A DNA stretch of 58,451 nucleotides from Clostridia bacterium (GCA_900759005.1 CAAEUQ010000029.1:1-58451); one strand, 5' to 3'; shown: positions 16,382 to 25,881, counted from the stretch's first letter. Program-made: numbers and translations. Notes: a model not told the origin generated them from the letters alone.

Positions 16382-17827
16382 TTACAGATCCATCTCCGCA
16401 AAGAGCTGTTCGAAGATCGGGAACTGCTCCTGCAGCGTCGCGGCGACTTCGCCGATGACGCCCACCAGACCTATCTGCGCGGAATTCATATCGGATTCGC
16501 TCATTTCCGAAATATTCACGGAATCCGCAAACGGAATCGCCCAATCCTCGCTGTCGCCTTCGGTGCGCATTTCGATCAGGCGAATCGAGAAATCGACGGC
16601 CGTTTCGTCGCCTTCCATGCCCAGTTCGACATAGCCTTCGCGATAGGGATTGCCGTCCGACGAAGCATTATCGACGCCCTGATAGGTGAAATAGAGCCCC
16701 GTGTAGTCCGACGCATTGTCATAATTTCCGGTATAGGTCGATACGGTAACGCCCCAGCTGTGATCAACTTCTTCGTTGAAATCCGTAACGAAGCTGATCG
16801 ATACCACGTTGTCCTCGGAGCCGTCCTCCTCCATGCCGTAGGCAATAGCGGTGATCGTAAACCAGTCGCCTTCGTCGTCTGAACGCTGGAAGAAAACGCT
16901 TCCATAATAGCTGTCATCCTTCATCAGATCCAGGCAGTACGCTTCATACACAGTCGGATCCTCGACCGTTTCATCCTTCGCGAGTACCATTTTGAGGGTC
17001 GTCCCGTCCTCCTGCGTCACCGCGAATTCGACGCTCATGTCATCGGCGGTCACATCGGCGGTCAGCGTATAGGGATTGGCGTATTCTTCGTCTTCAATCT
17101 TGATCTCGCCGGAAAGGTCGATCGTGTAGCGCTCGTAGCCGTTTTCGCCGCCGTAAACGGTCACCTCGCCCTCGGCGGAGAAGGCTTCGACATTCATATT
17201 CACTTCGCTGTTCTCCATGGACTGTTCAATCGACTGGCGAACGCCTGCAAGCACCTGCGAGCCCTCTTCGAGCTCCACATGAATCGGCAGCACGCATTTG
17301 CCCTCATCGTCCAACACAATCGCGTCCGCCATGCCCATTACCGGCGCCCAGCGGAGCATATCGAGGTTCATGCCATCGGTTGCCTGCTGAAGCTGCGCGG
17401 CGCCCTGATCGATTGCCGAGCGCAGCGCCATGCTCTTCACCATCGGCGCAATCGCCTTGATGACCGGCGCAGCCGTTTCATCGCCCATCATCTCCGCGAG
17501 CTGATCATAGGACAGGCAATAGGACTGGCTCATGCCGTCCAGATGCAGAACGATTCCTTCCTCGGCGAGCTGAATCTGGAGAGAGGTGATGTAATCGTAA
17601 TTGTCGCCGGCATACAGTTCGAGGCTCAGCGCCTGCGCCGCGCCGTCGGTTACTGAAGCGACGAGATCGACGTTCAGTCCGGTCAGATCGAACACCGTTT
17701 CGCCGTCCTGATAAAGGATCGGATCCAGCAGGGAGAGCGAGTATGTCGTCGAATTCTCCGCCAGTGCGCAGGGCAGCATCAGCATGAGGGCGAGCAGAAT
17801 CGCCAGCATTGCGGTCAGTTTCTTCAT
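16382..17827 (-). CDS. Secreted, very acidic hypothetical protein
   Basis: Sec signal peptide MKKLTAMLAILLALMLMLPCALAE, GGAGG RBS, D/E-rich throughout. No motif recognised. Confidence 0.7.
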   Translation of the reverse strand: MKKLTAMLAILLALMLMLPCALAENSTTYSLSLLDPILYQDGETVFDLTGLNVDLVASVTDGAAQALSLELYAGDNYDYITSLQIQLAEEGIVLHLDGMSQSYCLSYDQLAEMMGDETAAPVIKAIAPMVKSMALRSAIDQGAAQLQQATDGMNLDMLRWAPVMGMADAIVLDDEGKCVLPIHVELEEGSQVLAGVRQSIEQSMENSEVNMNVEAFSAEGEVTVYGGENGYERYTIDLSGEIKIEDEEYANPYTLTADVTADDMSVEFAVTQEDGTTLKMVLAKDETVEDPTVYEAYCLDLMKDDSYYGSVFFQRSDDEGDWFTITAIAYGMEEDGSEDNVVSISFVTDFNEEVDHSWGVTVSTYTGNYDNASDYTGLYFTYQGVDNASSDGNPYREGYVELGMEGDETAVDFSIRLIEMRTEGDSEDWAIPFADSVNISEMSESDMNSAQIGLVGVIGEVAATLQEQFPIFEQLFAEMDL

Positions 17828-17855
17828 GAGGCAACCTCCGTTTCATATTGTTGAT

Positions 17856-18023
17856 TTAAGGCAACACCGCACAACTCGGCGGCGCGTCCGGCGATGTCTT
17901 TTCCGCCATCTGCGGCATGCAAATTCCTCGGTTTACCGCCAGTAAACCCTCGAAATTTGCATTTGCATCTGACGAAAAATCCATTCGCCAGCCGACCACC
18001 TCATTTGTGCGGTGTTACCTTAA
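17856..18023 (+). mobile_element. Family-B MITE-like element, copy B1
   Basis: 15-bp terminal inverted repeats GGCAACACCGCACAA (17860-17874) and TTGTGCGGTGTTACC (18005-18019), 14/15 complementary. Each is flanked by TTAA. The interior folds as a long imperfect palindrome (ATGCAAATT..GGTTTAC-CGCCA-GTAAACC..AAATTTGCAT). There is no ORF. Confidence 0.6.
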
Positions 18024-18099
18024 GTATATTCGATTTATTCGGAAAACTCAATAGCCGCGCGCTATAATCCGCTTTTTTTCCGCCGAAATGTCGCGAAAT

Positions 18100-18128
18100 T
18101 TGCCATTTCCGCGGGAATCTGATATAAT
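18100..18128 (+). promoter_or_regulatory. Sigma-70-type promoter for dapF
   Basis: TTGCCA (18100-18105), a 17-nt spacer, then TATAAT (18123-18128). AGGAGG RBS lies before the ATG at 18154. Confidence 0.6.
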
Positions 18129-18153
18129 GAACGCATCAGGAGGTGATTCGTAA

Positions 18154-18966
18154 ATGCTGTTTACCAAGATGCAGGGCGCGGGAAACGACTTCGTAATCGA
18201 AAGCGGCTTTTCCTATCAGTCGCTCGGGGACGTGAGCGCGCTCGCGAAAAAGATGTGCGATCGCCATTACGGTGCGGGCGCGGACGGGCTGATCTGGCTC
18301 TGCCCCTCTCCGGTCGCGGCGGCGAACGTTCGCATATTCAATTCGGACGGCAGCGAAGCGGAGACGTGCGGAAACGGCGTTCGCTGCGCTGCAAAGTATC
18401 TGTATGATTCAGGGCTTGCAAGAAGCGGCGAAATGCGTCTTCAGACGCTGGCGGGCGTGATTTCCGCGCGCGTGGGCACTGCGGGCGTAACGGTGGACAT
18501 GGGCGTTCCGCGGTTCGACGCGCGGGAGATTCCCGTTCGCGGCGGCAGCAATGTGCTTACGCTTCCGGCAGGCGATCGGGAGGCACAGTTCTTCTGCGTA
18601 TCGATGGGCAATCCGCACGCGGTGACGTTCGATCTCTATCCAGACGACAGCCTGTTTTACGAAATCGCGCCGGCGCTGGAAGTAAATCCGGCATTTCCCA
18701 AACGTTCGAACATTGAATTCTGCCGCATTCAGAACGGGCGCATCGAGGTGCGCGTATGGGAACGCGGCGACGGCGCAACGCTCGCCTGCGGATCCGGCGC
18801 GTGCGCGTGTCTGGCTGCGGCGGCGAAACAGGGCATGATCGGGCGCGAGGCGGACGTCGCAATGCCCGGCGGCGTACTGCATATCCTCTGGAACGCCGAC
18901 GATCACATGATCATGACCGGCGACGCGAGCATCGTCTACACGGCGGACTGGAAGGTTTCGCTGTAG
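18154..18966 (+). CDS. dapF: Diaminopimelate epimerase
   Basis: FTKMQGAGNDF, catalytic Cys motifs GNGVRC and ACGSGACA, SMGNPH. Length is 270 aa. Confidence 0.93.
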   Translation: MLFTKMQGAGNDFVIESGFSYQSLGDVSALAKKMCDRHYGAGADGLIWLCPSPVAAANVRIFNSDGSEAETCGNGVRCAAKYLYDSGLARSGEMRLQTLAGVISARVGTAGVTVDMGVPRFDAREIPVRGGSNVLTLPAGDREAQFFCVSMGNPHAVTFDLYPDDSLFYEIAPALEVNPAFPKRSNIEFCRIQNGRIEVRVWERGDGATLACGSGACACLAAAAKQGMIGREADVAMPGGVLHILWNADDHMIMTGDASIVYTADWKVSL

Positions 18967-19090
18967 CTGTGCGCAAATCCAGCCCGAATCGGCATAATTT
19001 CAGCGCGTTTCCGCCGAATTTCCGCTTTACGCGCGGCTTGGAAACCCGTATAATAGTATCAGAATGTTCAATACGGAGGTGCTTTTCCCT

Positions 19091-19939
19091 ATGTATCGGT
19101 TCCCTATCGGTGTTATTCTTGAATCCTTCCGTCTGCCGATTGAGCAGGCGGTGCCCGCGGCGGCGAAGCTCGGCGCGCAGGGTCTTCAGGTCTACGCGCG
19201 CCATGACAAAATGTGCCGCACGGAGATGAACGCTTCTCAGCGCCGCGATTTCCTTCATCTGGTGAAGGACAACGGCATGGTATTCTCCGCGCTGTGCGGC
19301 GATCTGGGCATGGGCTTCGGCGACGCGAGCCTGAATCCCGAATTGATTTCCGAATCCAAGCGCATTATGGAAATCGCGCTCGAAATGGAAACGAACATCG
19401 TGACCACCCACATCGGCGTGGTTCCGACGGATCCCGAGCATCCGCGCTACAAGATCATGCAGGACGCGTGCGGCGTTCTCGCCGAATATGCCGACGGTCT
19501 CGGCGCGCATTTCGCGATTGAAACCGGTCCTGAGCCGGCAAAGACGCTGAAGGGCTTTCTGGACGGGCTGCATTCCCGCGGCGTGGCGGTGAATCTGGAT
19601 CCGGCGAATCTGGTGATGGTATCGGGCGACGATCCGGTTGAGGCAGCGCATACCTTGAAGGATTATATCGTTCACACCCACGCGAAGGACGGCAGGATGC
19701 TTTATTCGCTCGATCCCGAAATCGTTTACGGCGTGCGCCCGAAGAGCCCCGAGCTGGTTGAAAGCCCGAGCTTTATCGAGCTGCCGCTCGGTGAGGGCGA
19801 CGTTCCGTTTAAGGAGTACCTCTCCGCGCTGGATGAGGACGGCTATCGCGGTTTCTTGACGATCGAGCGCGAAGTGGGCGAAAATCCCGCGCGCGATATC
19901 GCATCCGCAGTGGATTATCTGAAGAACATCATCGGCTGA
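19091..19939 (+). CDS. Xylose-isomerase-like TIM-barrel protein (sugar phosphate isomerase/epimerase family)
   Basis: Family-typical pattern ...HIGV...FAIET...NLDPANL...HAKD...TIE. The start is set at ATG 19091 (GGAGG upstream). The ATG at 19064 lacks an RBS. Confidence 0.75.
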   Translation: MYRFPIGVILESFRLPIEQAVPAAAKLGAQGLQVYARHDKMCRTEMNASQRRDFLHLVKDNGMVFSALCGDLGMGFGDASLNPELISESKRIMEIALEMETNIVTTHIGVVPTDPEHPRYKIMQDACGVLAEYADGLGAHFAIETGPEPAKTLKGFLDGLHSRGVAVNLDPANLVMVSGDDPVEAAHTLKDYIVHTHAKDGRMLYSLDPEIVYGVRPKSPELVESPSFIELPLGEGDVPFKEYLSALDEDGYRGFLTIEREVGENPARDIASAVDYLKNIIG

Positions 19940-19956
19940 ATAAAGAGGTAAGAAAG

Positions 19957-21030
19957 ATGGGCAAGAAAATCAGAGTTGCGGTCATCGGCTGCGGCGGCAT
20001 TTCGCACAATCATCTGGATGCGTATCAGGCGAATCCGGACGTTGAAATCTACGCGCTCTGCGACATTAACGAAAAGAATCTCCATGAAAAAGCGGAAAAA
20101 TACGGCGTTTCCCGCCTGTACACCGACAAGGATAAGATGCTGGCAGAGCTGCCCGAAATCGACGCGGTTTCCGTTTGCACCTGGAACGCCGCGCACGCGG
20201 AATGCACGATCGCCGCGCTGAACGCCGGAAAGCACGTTCTCTGCGAAAAGCCGATGGCGCTGAACGCGCAGCAGGCAGAGGAAATGCTCGAGGCGGCGAA
20301 GAAAAACGATCGCCTTCTGATGATCGGCTTCGTGCGTCGTTTTGGCAACGACTGCAAGATCGTCAAGGATCTGATCGAGCACGACCGCATGGGCGACATC
20401 TATTATGCAAAGGCGACCTATCTGCGCCGCAAGGGCTGCCCGGGCGGCTGGTTTGGCGATAAGGCGCGCTCCGGCGGCGGCCCGCTGATCGATCTGGGCG
20501 TTCACGTGATCGACCTGACGCGCTATCTGATGGGCAATCCGAAGCCCGTTTCGGTTTACGGCGCAACCTTCCACAAACTGGGCGACCGCCACGAGCTGAA
20601 GGGGCAGGCGGGCTATCAGTCCATGAGCCGCAGCGAAGGCGTTCAGGATGTATTCAATGTTGAAGACATGGCGACCGCGATGGTGCGCTATGACAACGGC
20701 GCAGTTCTGCAGGTTGAGGCGAGCTTCAGCCTGAATATCGCCCACGACACCGGCACGATCGAAATGTTCGGCACGCACGGCGGCATCAAGCTCGATCCGG
20801 AGCTGACCTATTATGGCGAAATGGATGGCTACATGACCGACGTGAAGCTCGCAATCCCGACCGCGCTGAGCTTCTCCGGACTGTTTGCCAATGAGGTCAA
20901 TCATTTCGTTCACTGCGTGCAGACCGGCGAGCCCTGCCGCAACCCCGCGGAGGACGGCGTTGCGCTGATGAAGATTCTGGATGCGATCTATGAATCTGCG
21001 CGCACCGGTCACGAAGTGGTTCTGAAATAA
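19957..21030 (+). CDS. Gfo/Idh/MocA family NAD(P)-dependent oxidoreductase
   Basis: N-terminal Rossmann motif IRVAVIGCGGIS, EKP motif (LCEKPMA). Length is 357 aa. Confidence 0.88.
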   Translation: MGKKIRVAVIGCGGISHNHLDAYQANPDVEIYALCDINEKNLHEKAEKYGVSRLYTDKDKMLAELPEIDAVSVCTWNAAHAECTIAALNAGKHVLCEKPMALNAQQAEEMLEAAKKNDRLLMIGFVRRFGNDCKIVKDLIEHDRMGDIYYAKATYLRRKGCPGGWFGDKARSGGGPLIDLGVHVIDLTRYLMGNPKPVSVYGATFHKLGDRHELKGQAGYQSMSRSEGVQDVFNVEDMATAMVRYDNGAVLQVEASFSLNIAHDTGTIEMFGTHGGIKLDPELTYYGEMDGYMTDVKLAIPTALSFSGLFANEVNHFVHCVQTGEPCRNPAEDGVALMKILDAIYESARTGHEVVLK

Positions 21031-21041
21031 GGAGGATATGC

Positions 21042-21893
21042 ATGAAAATCGGCGTAAGCAGCTACAGCTTTTCACATTACATGAAGGAAACCGGCTGCGA
21101 TTACCTTAAAATCTGTTCGCTCGCCGCCGAAATGGGCTACGACGCGATTGAATTCATCGATCTGCTGCCGGAAATCTCCGGCAAATCCCCGCTCGATACG
21201 GCGAAGGAGATTGCCGATTGCGCGGCGAAGCTGGGCTTGACCGTTGCGGCGTACACCGTGGGCGCCAATCTGCTCGCGGACGATCCGACGGCGGAAATCG
21301 CGCGGCTGAAGGGCTGCGTAGATGTTGCGCACGCTCTCGGCGCGCCGGTGATGCGCCACGACTGCTGCTGGGGGCCCAGAAAGGGCGTTCGCTATACGTG
21401 GCAGGATGCGATTGCCGAAACCGCGCCGCGCATTCGCGAAATCACGGAATACGCATTCCAGAACGGCGTGATCACCTGCACGGAGAATCACGGCACGTTT
21501 ATGCAGGACAGCAACCGCGTTGAAACGCTGATTCGAACGGTGAATCACCCGAATTACGGGTGGCTTGTCGACATCGGCAATTTCATCTGCGCCGACGAGG
21601 ACAGCCTGCACGCGCTCGGAACCGCCGTGCCGTACGCCGTTCACGCGCACATCAAGGATTTTCTCTGGAAAAAGGGTACGGAGCCGAACCCCGGCAAGGG
21701 CTGGTTCAAATCGCGCGGCGGCAATTACGTTCGCGGCACGATCGTCGGAAACGGCGTAATTCCGGTCGCGCAGTGCGTTGGAATGCTGAAAAACGCCGGC
21801 TATGACGGTACGGTTTCCGTGGAATTCGAAGGCTTGGAGGAAAATCTCCCCGCGCTCGAAATCAGTCTTGAATACCTGAAAAACCTGATCTGA
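21042..21893 (+). CDS. Xylose-isomerase-like TIM-barrel protein (second paralog)
   Basis: AIEF...CTENH...VDIGN...HIKD...SVEFE pattern. Length is 283 aa, with AAGGAGG RBS. Confidence 0.75.
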   Translation: MKIGVSSYSFSHYMKETGCDYLKICSLAAEMGYDAIEFIDLLPEISGKSPLDTAKEIADCAAKLGLTVAAYTVGANLLADDPTAEIARLKGCVDVAHALGAPVMRHDCCWGPRKGVRYTWQDAIAETAPRIREITEYAFQNGVITCTENHGTFMQDSNRVETLIRTVNHPNYGWLVDIGNFICADEDSLHALGTAVPYAVHAHIKDFLWKKGTEPNPGKGWFKSRGGNYVRGTIVGNGVIPVAQCVGMLKNAGYDGTVSVEFEGLEENLPALEISLEYLKNLI

Positions 21894-21924
21894 TTCGTCT
21901 TTTCCCTGTCAGGAAAGATGAAAC

Positions 21925-21966
21925 GACCGCGCCCGAAGGAAAAATACTTTCTTTGGGCGCGGTTTT
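21925..21966 (+). terminator. Putative intrinsic terminator after the oxidoreductase/TIM-barrel cluster
   Basis: ACCGCGCCC (21925-21933) pairs with GGGCGCGGT (21954-21962), followed by TTTGCGTATTT. Confidence 0.5.
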
Positions 21967-22291
21967 GCGTATTTACAGTTCAAACGTTTCGCCGGATTTC
22001 AGTTTGATTGGAATCAATCGGTTCTCCGGCAGGCGCAGAAGCGAACGCCCATTTTCTCCGGAACGTCCGACCATTCGAGCGGATTCGGATCATGCACGTA
22101 TTCCGGCTTCGCGTGCGACGGACATCGCGCATCCAGACAGATTTCATTTCCGATTGCGCGCAGCTGCGTATTCAGCGACGCGGTAAATCCGAGCGCGCAC
22201 TTTTCCGACGCGCATATCTTCAAGATCGACAACGGCTACCTGACCATCGAGGATTTGGAAGGCAATCGGGTTTTCTGATGGGTAAAAGGAA

Positions 22292-22329
22292 TGCCGCTCA
22301 TGGTTTTTGAACCACGGGCGGCGTTTTTT
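22292..22329. terminator. Hairpin terminator downstream of livF (usable in both directions)
   Basis: GCCGCTCATGGTT / AACCACGGGCGGC forms a 13-bp stem with one mismatch. The plus strand has a T7 run after it, and the minus strand has CCTTTT after it. Confidence 0.6.
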
Positions 22330-23048
22330 TATTTCTCTTTTCCCAGATACGCTTCCTGGACGCGCGGGTCTTTCAGGAGCTGTTCGCCTGCGCCTTCGAT
22401 TTTGATTTCGCCGGTTTCGATTACGTAGCCGTAATCGGCGGCCTTCAATGCGGCGGCGGCGTTCTGCTCGATCAGCAGGATCGTGGTGCCGGATTCGCGG
22501 CTCAGGCGCGTGATGATTTCGAAAATGCCCTTCACGATCAGCGGCGCGAGGCCGAGCGACGGCTCGTCCATCATCAGAAGCTTCGGCTTTGCCATCATTG
22601 CGCGGCCGACCGCCAACATTTGCTGCTCGCCGCCGGACAGCGTGCCCGCGGACTGCCAATGCCGCTCCTTCAGACGCGGGAACAGCGAATAGACGTATTC
22701 GATATCGCGCGCGATTCCGGCGGAATCCTTTCTTAAATACGCGCCGATTTTCAAATTTTCCAGCACCGTGAGGTTATCGAACACGCGGCGGCCCTCCGGA
22801 ACGAGCACGACGCCCCTTTCGACAACCCTTTGCGTATCCAGACCGGCGATTTCCTGATCCTTGAACCGAATCGAACCGGATTTAACCGGAACCAGACCGG
22901 AAATGGCGCGCAGCGCTGTGGATTTTCCCGCGCCGTTCGCGCCGATCAGCGTGCAAATCTGTCCCTCCTCTACTGAGAACGAAATGCCCTTCAGCGCTTT
23001 AATGCCGCCATAGTTGACGCACAGGTCAGTTACTTCCAGCATGCTCAT
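22329..23048 (-). CDS. livF: Branched-chain amino acid ABC transporter, ATP-binding protein LivF
   Basis: Walker A GANGAGKST, signature LSGGEQQML, Walker B LLMMDEPS. Length is 239 aa. Confidence 0.9.
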   Translation of the reverse strand: MSMLEVTDLCVNYGGIKALKGISFSVEEGQICTLIGANGAGKSTALRAISGLVPVKSGSIRFKDQEIAGLDTQRVVERGVVLVPEGRRVFDNLTVLENLKIGAYLRKDSAGIARDIEYVYSLFPRLKERHWQSAGTLSGGEQQMLAVGRAMMAKPKLLMMDEPSLGLAPLIVKGIFEIITRLSRESGTTILLIEQNAAAALKAADYGYVIETGEIKIEGAGEQLLKDPRVQEAYLGKEK

Positions 23049-23881
23049 GCTTCGTCCACCCCCAGATACGCGGCAATAACCGCGGGATTGCGCTGAATTT
23101 CGGCGGGCGTGCCCTCGGCGATCAGCTTGCCGAAATCGATGACGTAAATCCGATCCGAAATGTCCATGACCAGATTCATATGATGCTCGATCATGAACAC
23201 GGTGAGCGAAAACTGATCCTTGATTTTGCGGATGAACGCGCTGAGCTCCTCGGTTTCCTGTGGGTTCATGCCCGCCGCCGGCTCGTCCAGCAGAAGCAGC
23301 TTCGGCTGCGTCGCCAGCGCGCGCGCGATTTCCAAATGGCGCTGTTTGCCATAGGGCAGGCTGGTCGCCAGCTCGTCCTTCGCATCCGCGAGGCCTACAA
23401 TTCGAAGAAGCTCCATCGCATTTTCGCGCATTCGCTTTTCCTCAGCATGATTCAGGCGGAAGGTCGCGGTGAGCAGGTTGCTGGTTTTCAGCATATGCAT
23501 CGCGATCAGAACGTTTTCGAACACGGTCTGCGTTTTGAACAGGCGGATGTTCTGGAACGTGCGCGCGATACCGAGGCGCGTGATTTTATCCGGCGTTTGC
23601 GTAAGGGTTTTGCCATAAAGCCCGTTGTTTTCGCCGGCATAGAGCTTACGCATTTTGCCGGTTGGATGACCGATCAGAATATCCTTGCCCATATAGGCGA
23701 TTTTTCCGTTCGTCGGCTCATAAACGCCGGTGATGCAGTTAAACGCGGTGGTTTTGCCCGCGCCGTTCGGGCCGATCAGCGCCACGATCTCGCCCTCGTT
23801 TACGTCCATCGACAGATTGTTCACGGCGACCACGCCGCCGAACTGCATCGTGACGTTTTCCACATGAAGCACGTTCTTCAA
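23045..23881 (-). CDS. livG: Branched-chain amino acid ABC transporter, ATP-binding protein LivG
   Basis: [36 protein letters not shown], and the characteristic LivG insertion. Length is 278 aa. Confidence 0.9.
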   Translation of the reverse strand: MKNVLHVENVTMQFGGVVAVNNLSMDVNEGEIVALIGPNGAGKTTAFNCITGVYEPTNGKIAYMGKDILIGHPTGKMRKLYAGENNGLYGKTLTQTPDKITRLGIARTFQNIRLFKTQTVFENVLIAMHMLKTSNLLTATFRLNHAEEKRMRENAMELLRIVGLADAKDELATSLPYGKQRHLEIARALATQPKLLLLDEPAAGMNPQETEELSAFIRKIKDQFSLTVFMIEHHMNLVMDISDRIYVIDFGKLIAEGTPAEIQRNPAVIAAYLGVDEA

Positions 23882-25002
23882 CGCGACCGCTCCCTTCTCT
23901 TCCCTGTGATGATACCCACCAGATCCAGTTCCTTATCGCCCATGATGCCTCTGCGGAAGAACAGCACAACCACCATGATGATGGCGCTGAAGACCACCAT
24001 TCTGAAGCCCAATCGCATCAGCGGGAGCTTTACGCCAAACAGCACCTGTTCGCTGTCCAAAAAGCGCAGCCACCATTCGCTGCACGCGATGAACAGGTAG
24101 CTCGCGATCACGGAGCCGGAAATCGAGCCCAGACCGCCGATAACCACGATCAGCAGAATTTCATACGTCATGGACGATTTGAATGCGTTCGCCTGAAGCG
24201 ACTGCTGGAACATCGCGAGCAGCGCGCCGCCGATGCCCGCAAAGAACGACGAGGTCACGAACGCGATCTGCTTATGCCGGAACAGGTTGACGCCCATCGC
24301 TTCGGCGGCAATTTCATCGTCGCGAATCGCCTTGAACGCGCGGCCGTAGGTCGAATTCAGGATCAGCACGATCAGGAGAATGCACGCGCCGCAGATCAGA
24401 TACGGGAACAGGATTGCGTAAATCTCATAGAGCTTTGCGAGAATCGCCGAATCGGTATTGATCTTTGAAGCGTGAATCGACGCGAACGTCGGATATGTTT
24501 TCAGCAGGTTCGAGCCGTTCGTAAGCCCGCCCAGCCCCTTATACTGCACCAGCGCGCGGATGATCTCCGCAAAGCCGAGCGTTGCAATCGCGAGGTAATC
24601 GCTCTTGAGCCGGAGCACCGGAAGCCCGATCAGGAATGCAAAAATCGCCGCCACGACGCCGCCCGCGAGAATGCCCACCAGCACCGGCGCGGTAAAATGC
24701 AAAATACCGCCGCCGAACTGCTGATACACCGCCGCGCGCTTGGCGACCGGAATTGTCAGAATCGCATAGGCATACGCGCCGACGAGCATGAACCCCGCCT
24801 GACCGAGTGAGAACAGTCCGGTAAAGCCGTTGAGCATATTCATCGAAACCGCAATCAGCGCATAAACCGTGCCCTTTCGAAGCACCGTAACCAGCATACT
24901 CGACGTGCCCTGCGTCTTTTCAATGAAATACAGCCCCACATACACGCCCAGAAGCAGAAGCAGGTTGATCAGCCGTTTTGCACTTTTAGTCATCCCGCTC
25001 AC
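23878..25002 (-). CDS. livM: Branched-chain amino acid ABC transporter permease LivM
   Basis: Polytopic protein with the GQAGFMLVGAY motif. A GTG start abuts the livH stop (an ATG 9 nt downstream is an alternative). Confidence 0.85.
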   Translation of the reverse strand: MSGMTKSAKRLINLLLLLGVYVGLYFIEKTQGTSSMLVTVLRKGTVYALIAVSMNMLNGFTGLFSLGQAGFMLVGAYAYAILTIPVAKRAAVYQQFGGGILHFTAPVLVGILAGGVVAAIFAFLIGLPVLRLKSDYLAIATLGFAEIIRALVQYKGLGGLTNGSNLLKTYPTFASIHASKINTDSAILAKLYEIYAILFPYLICGACILLIVLILNSTYGRAFKAIRDDEIAAEAMGVNLFRHKQIAFVTSSFFAGIGGALLAMFQQSLQANAFKSSMTYEILLIVVIGGLGSISGSVIASYLFIACSEWWLRFLDSEQVLFGVKLPLMRLGFRMVVFSAIIMVVVLFFRRGIMGDKELDLVGIITGKRRERSR

Positions 25003-25881
25003 CTACACTTTCTCGGTCGTCTTTTCGCCGAACAGACCACAGGGTTTGAAAATCAGAATCGCGATCAGCAGCGCGAACGTGAACGCGTCCGAGAATTCGG
25101 TCAGTCCGATCATTTTGATCAGGCTTTCGCAAATGCCGATCAGGAACGCGCCGATCACCGCGCCCGGAATGGAGCCGATGCCGCCGAACACCGCTGCGAC
25201 GAACGCCTTCAGCCCCGGCATTGCGCCGATCGTGGGCGTTACGGTGGTATAATTCGAGAAATACAGCATCGAGCCGATTGCCGCAAGGAACGAGCCGATC
25301 ACGAACGTCATGCTGATGACACGGTTGATCTTTACGCCCATCAGCTTCGCCGTTTCAAAATCCCTCGAAACCGCGCGCATCGCCATGCCGGTTTTCGTAT
25401 GGTTGATCAGCATGACCAGCGCGACGACCAGCGCAATCGTGATCACCGGCGTGATCACCGTGACCACCTTCGTGGACGCGCCGAACACCTGAATCGAATC
25501 GCTGATGAACGGAAGCGCGGGATACTGCTTCGCCAGTCCGCTCGTCAAATACCACATCAGGTTCTGCAGCAGATAGCTCGCGCCGATCGCCGAGATCATT
25601 ACCGACATTCGCGGCGCAGTTCGAAGCGGCTTGTACGCGACGCGCTCCACCGTAAATCCCAGCAGCACCGTAAGCACGATCATCAGCGGAATCGAAATCG
25701 CCAGCGGCAGCGCCGCCGCCAGATACACCATAAAAAAGCCCGCCGCGGTGAAGATATCGCCGTGCGCGAAATTGATCAGGCGCAGAATGCCGTACACCAT
25801 CGTGTAGCCGATTGCAATCAGCGCGTATTGACCGCCCACCGAAATTCCGGTAAGCAGATAGGGCATAAGTTTCGATAACAT
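25003..25881 (-). CDS. livH: Branched-chain amino acid ABC transporter permease LivH
   Basis: INFAHGD motif. The ATG at 25881 has GAGAGGA 9 nt upstream (the ORF track extends to a TTG at 25890). Confidence 0.85.
   Translation of the reverse strand: MLSKLMPYLLTGISVGGQYALIAIGYTMVYGILRLINFAHGDIFTAAGFFMVYLAAALPLAISIPLMIVLTVLLGFTVERVAYKPLRTAPRMSVMISAIGASYLLQNLMWYLTSGLAKQYPALPFISDSIQVFGASTKVVTVITPVITIALVVALVMLINHTKTGMAMRAVSRDFETAKLMGVKINRVISMTFVIGSFLAAIGSMLYFSNYTTVTPTIGAMPGLKAFVAAVFGGIGSIPGAVIGAFLIGICESLIKMIGLTEFSDAFTFALLIAILIFKPCGLFGEKTTEKV

Noticed and set aside
22014-22232. A 72-aa minus-strand ORF as a real small gene.
   Set aside because: It has a TTG start with no RBS and is bounded by an in-frame TAG immediately upstream. 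The apparent continuation is in another frame. It is kept only as a possible gene relic in the findings.
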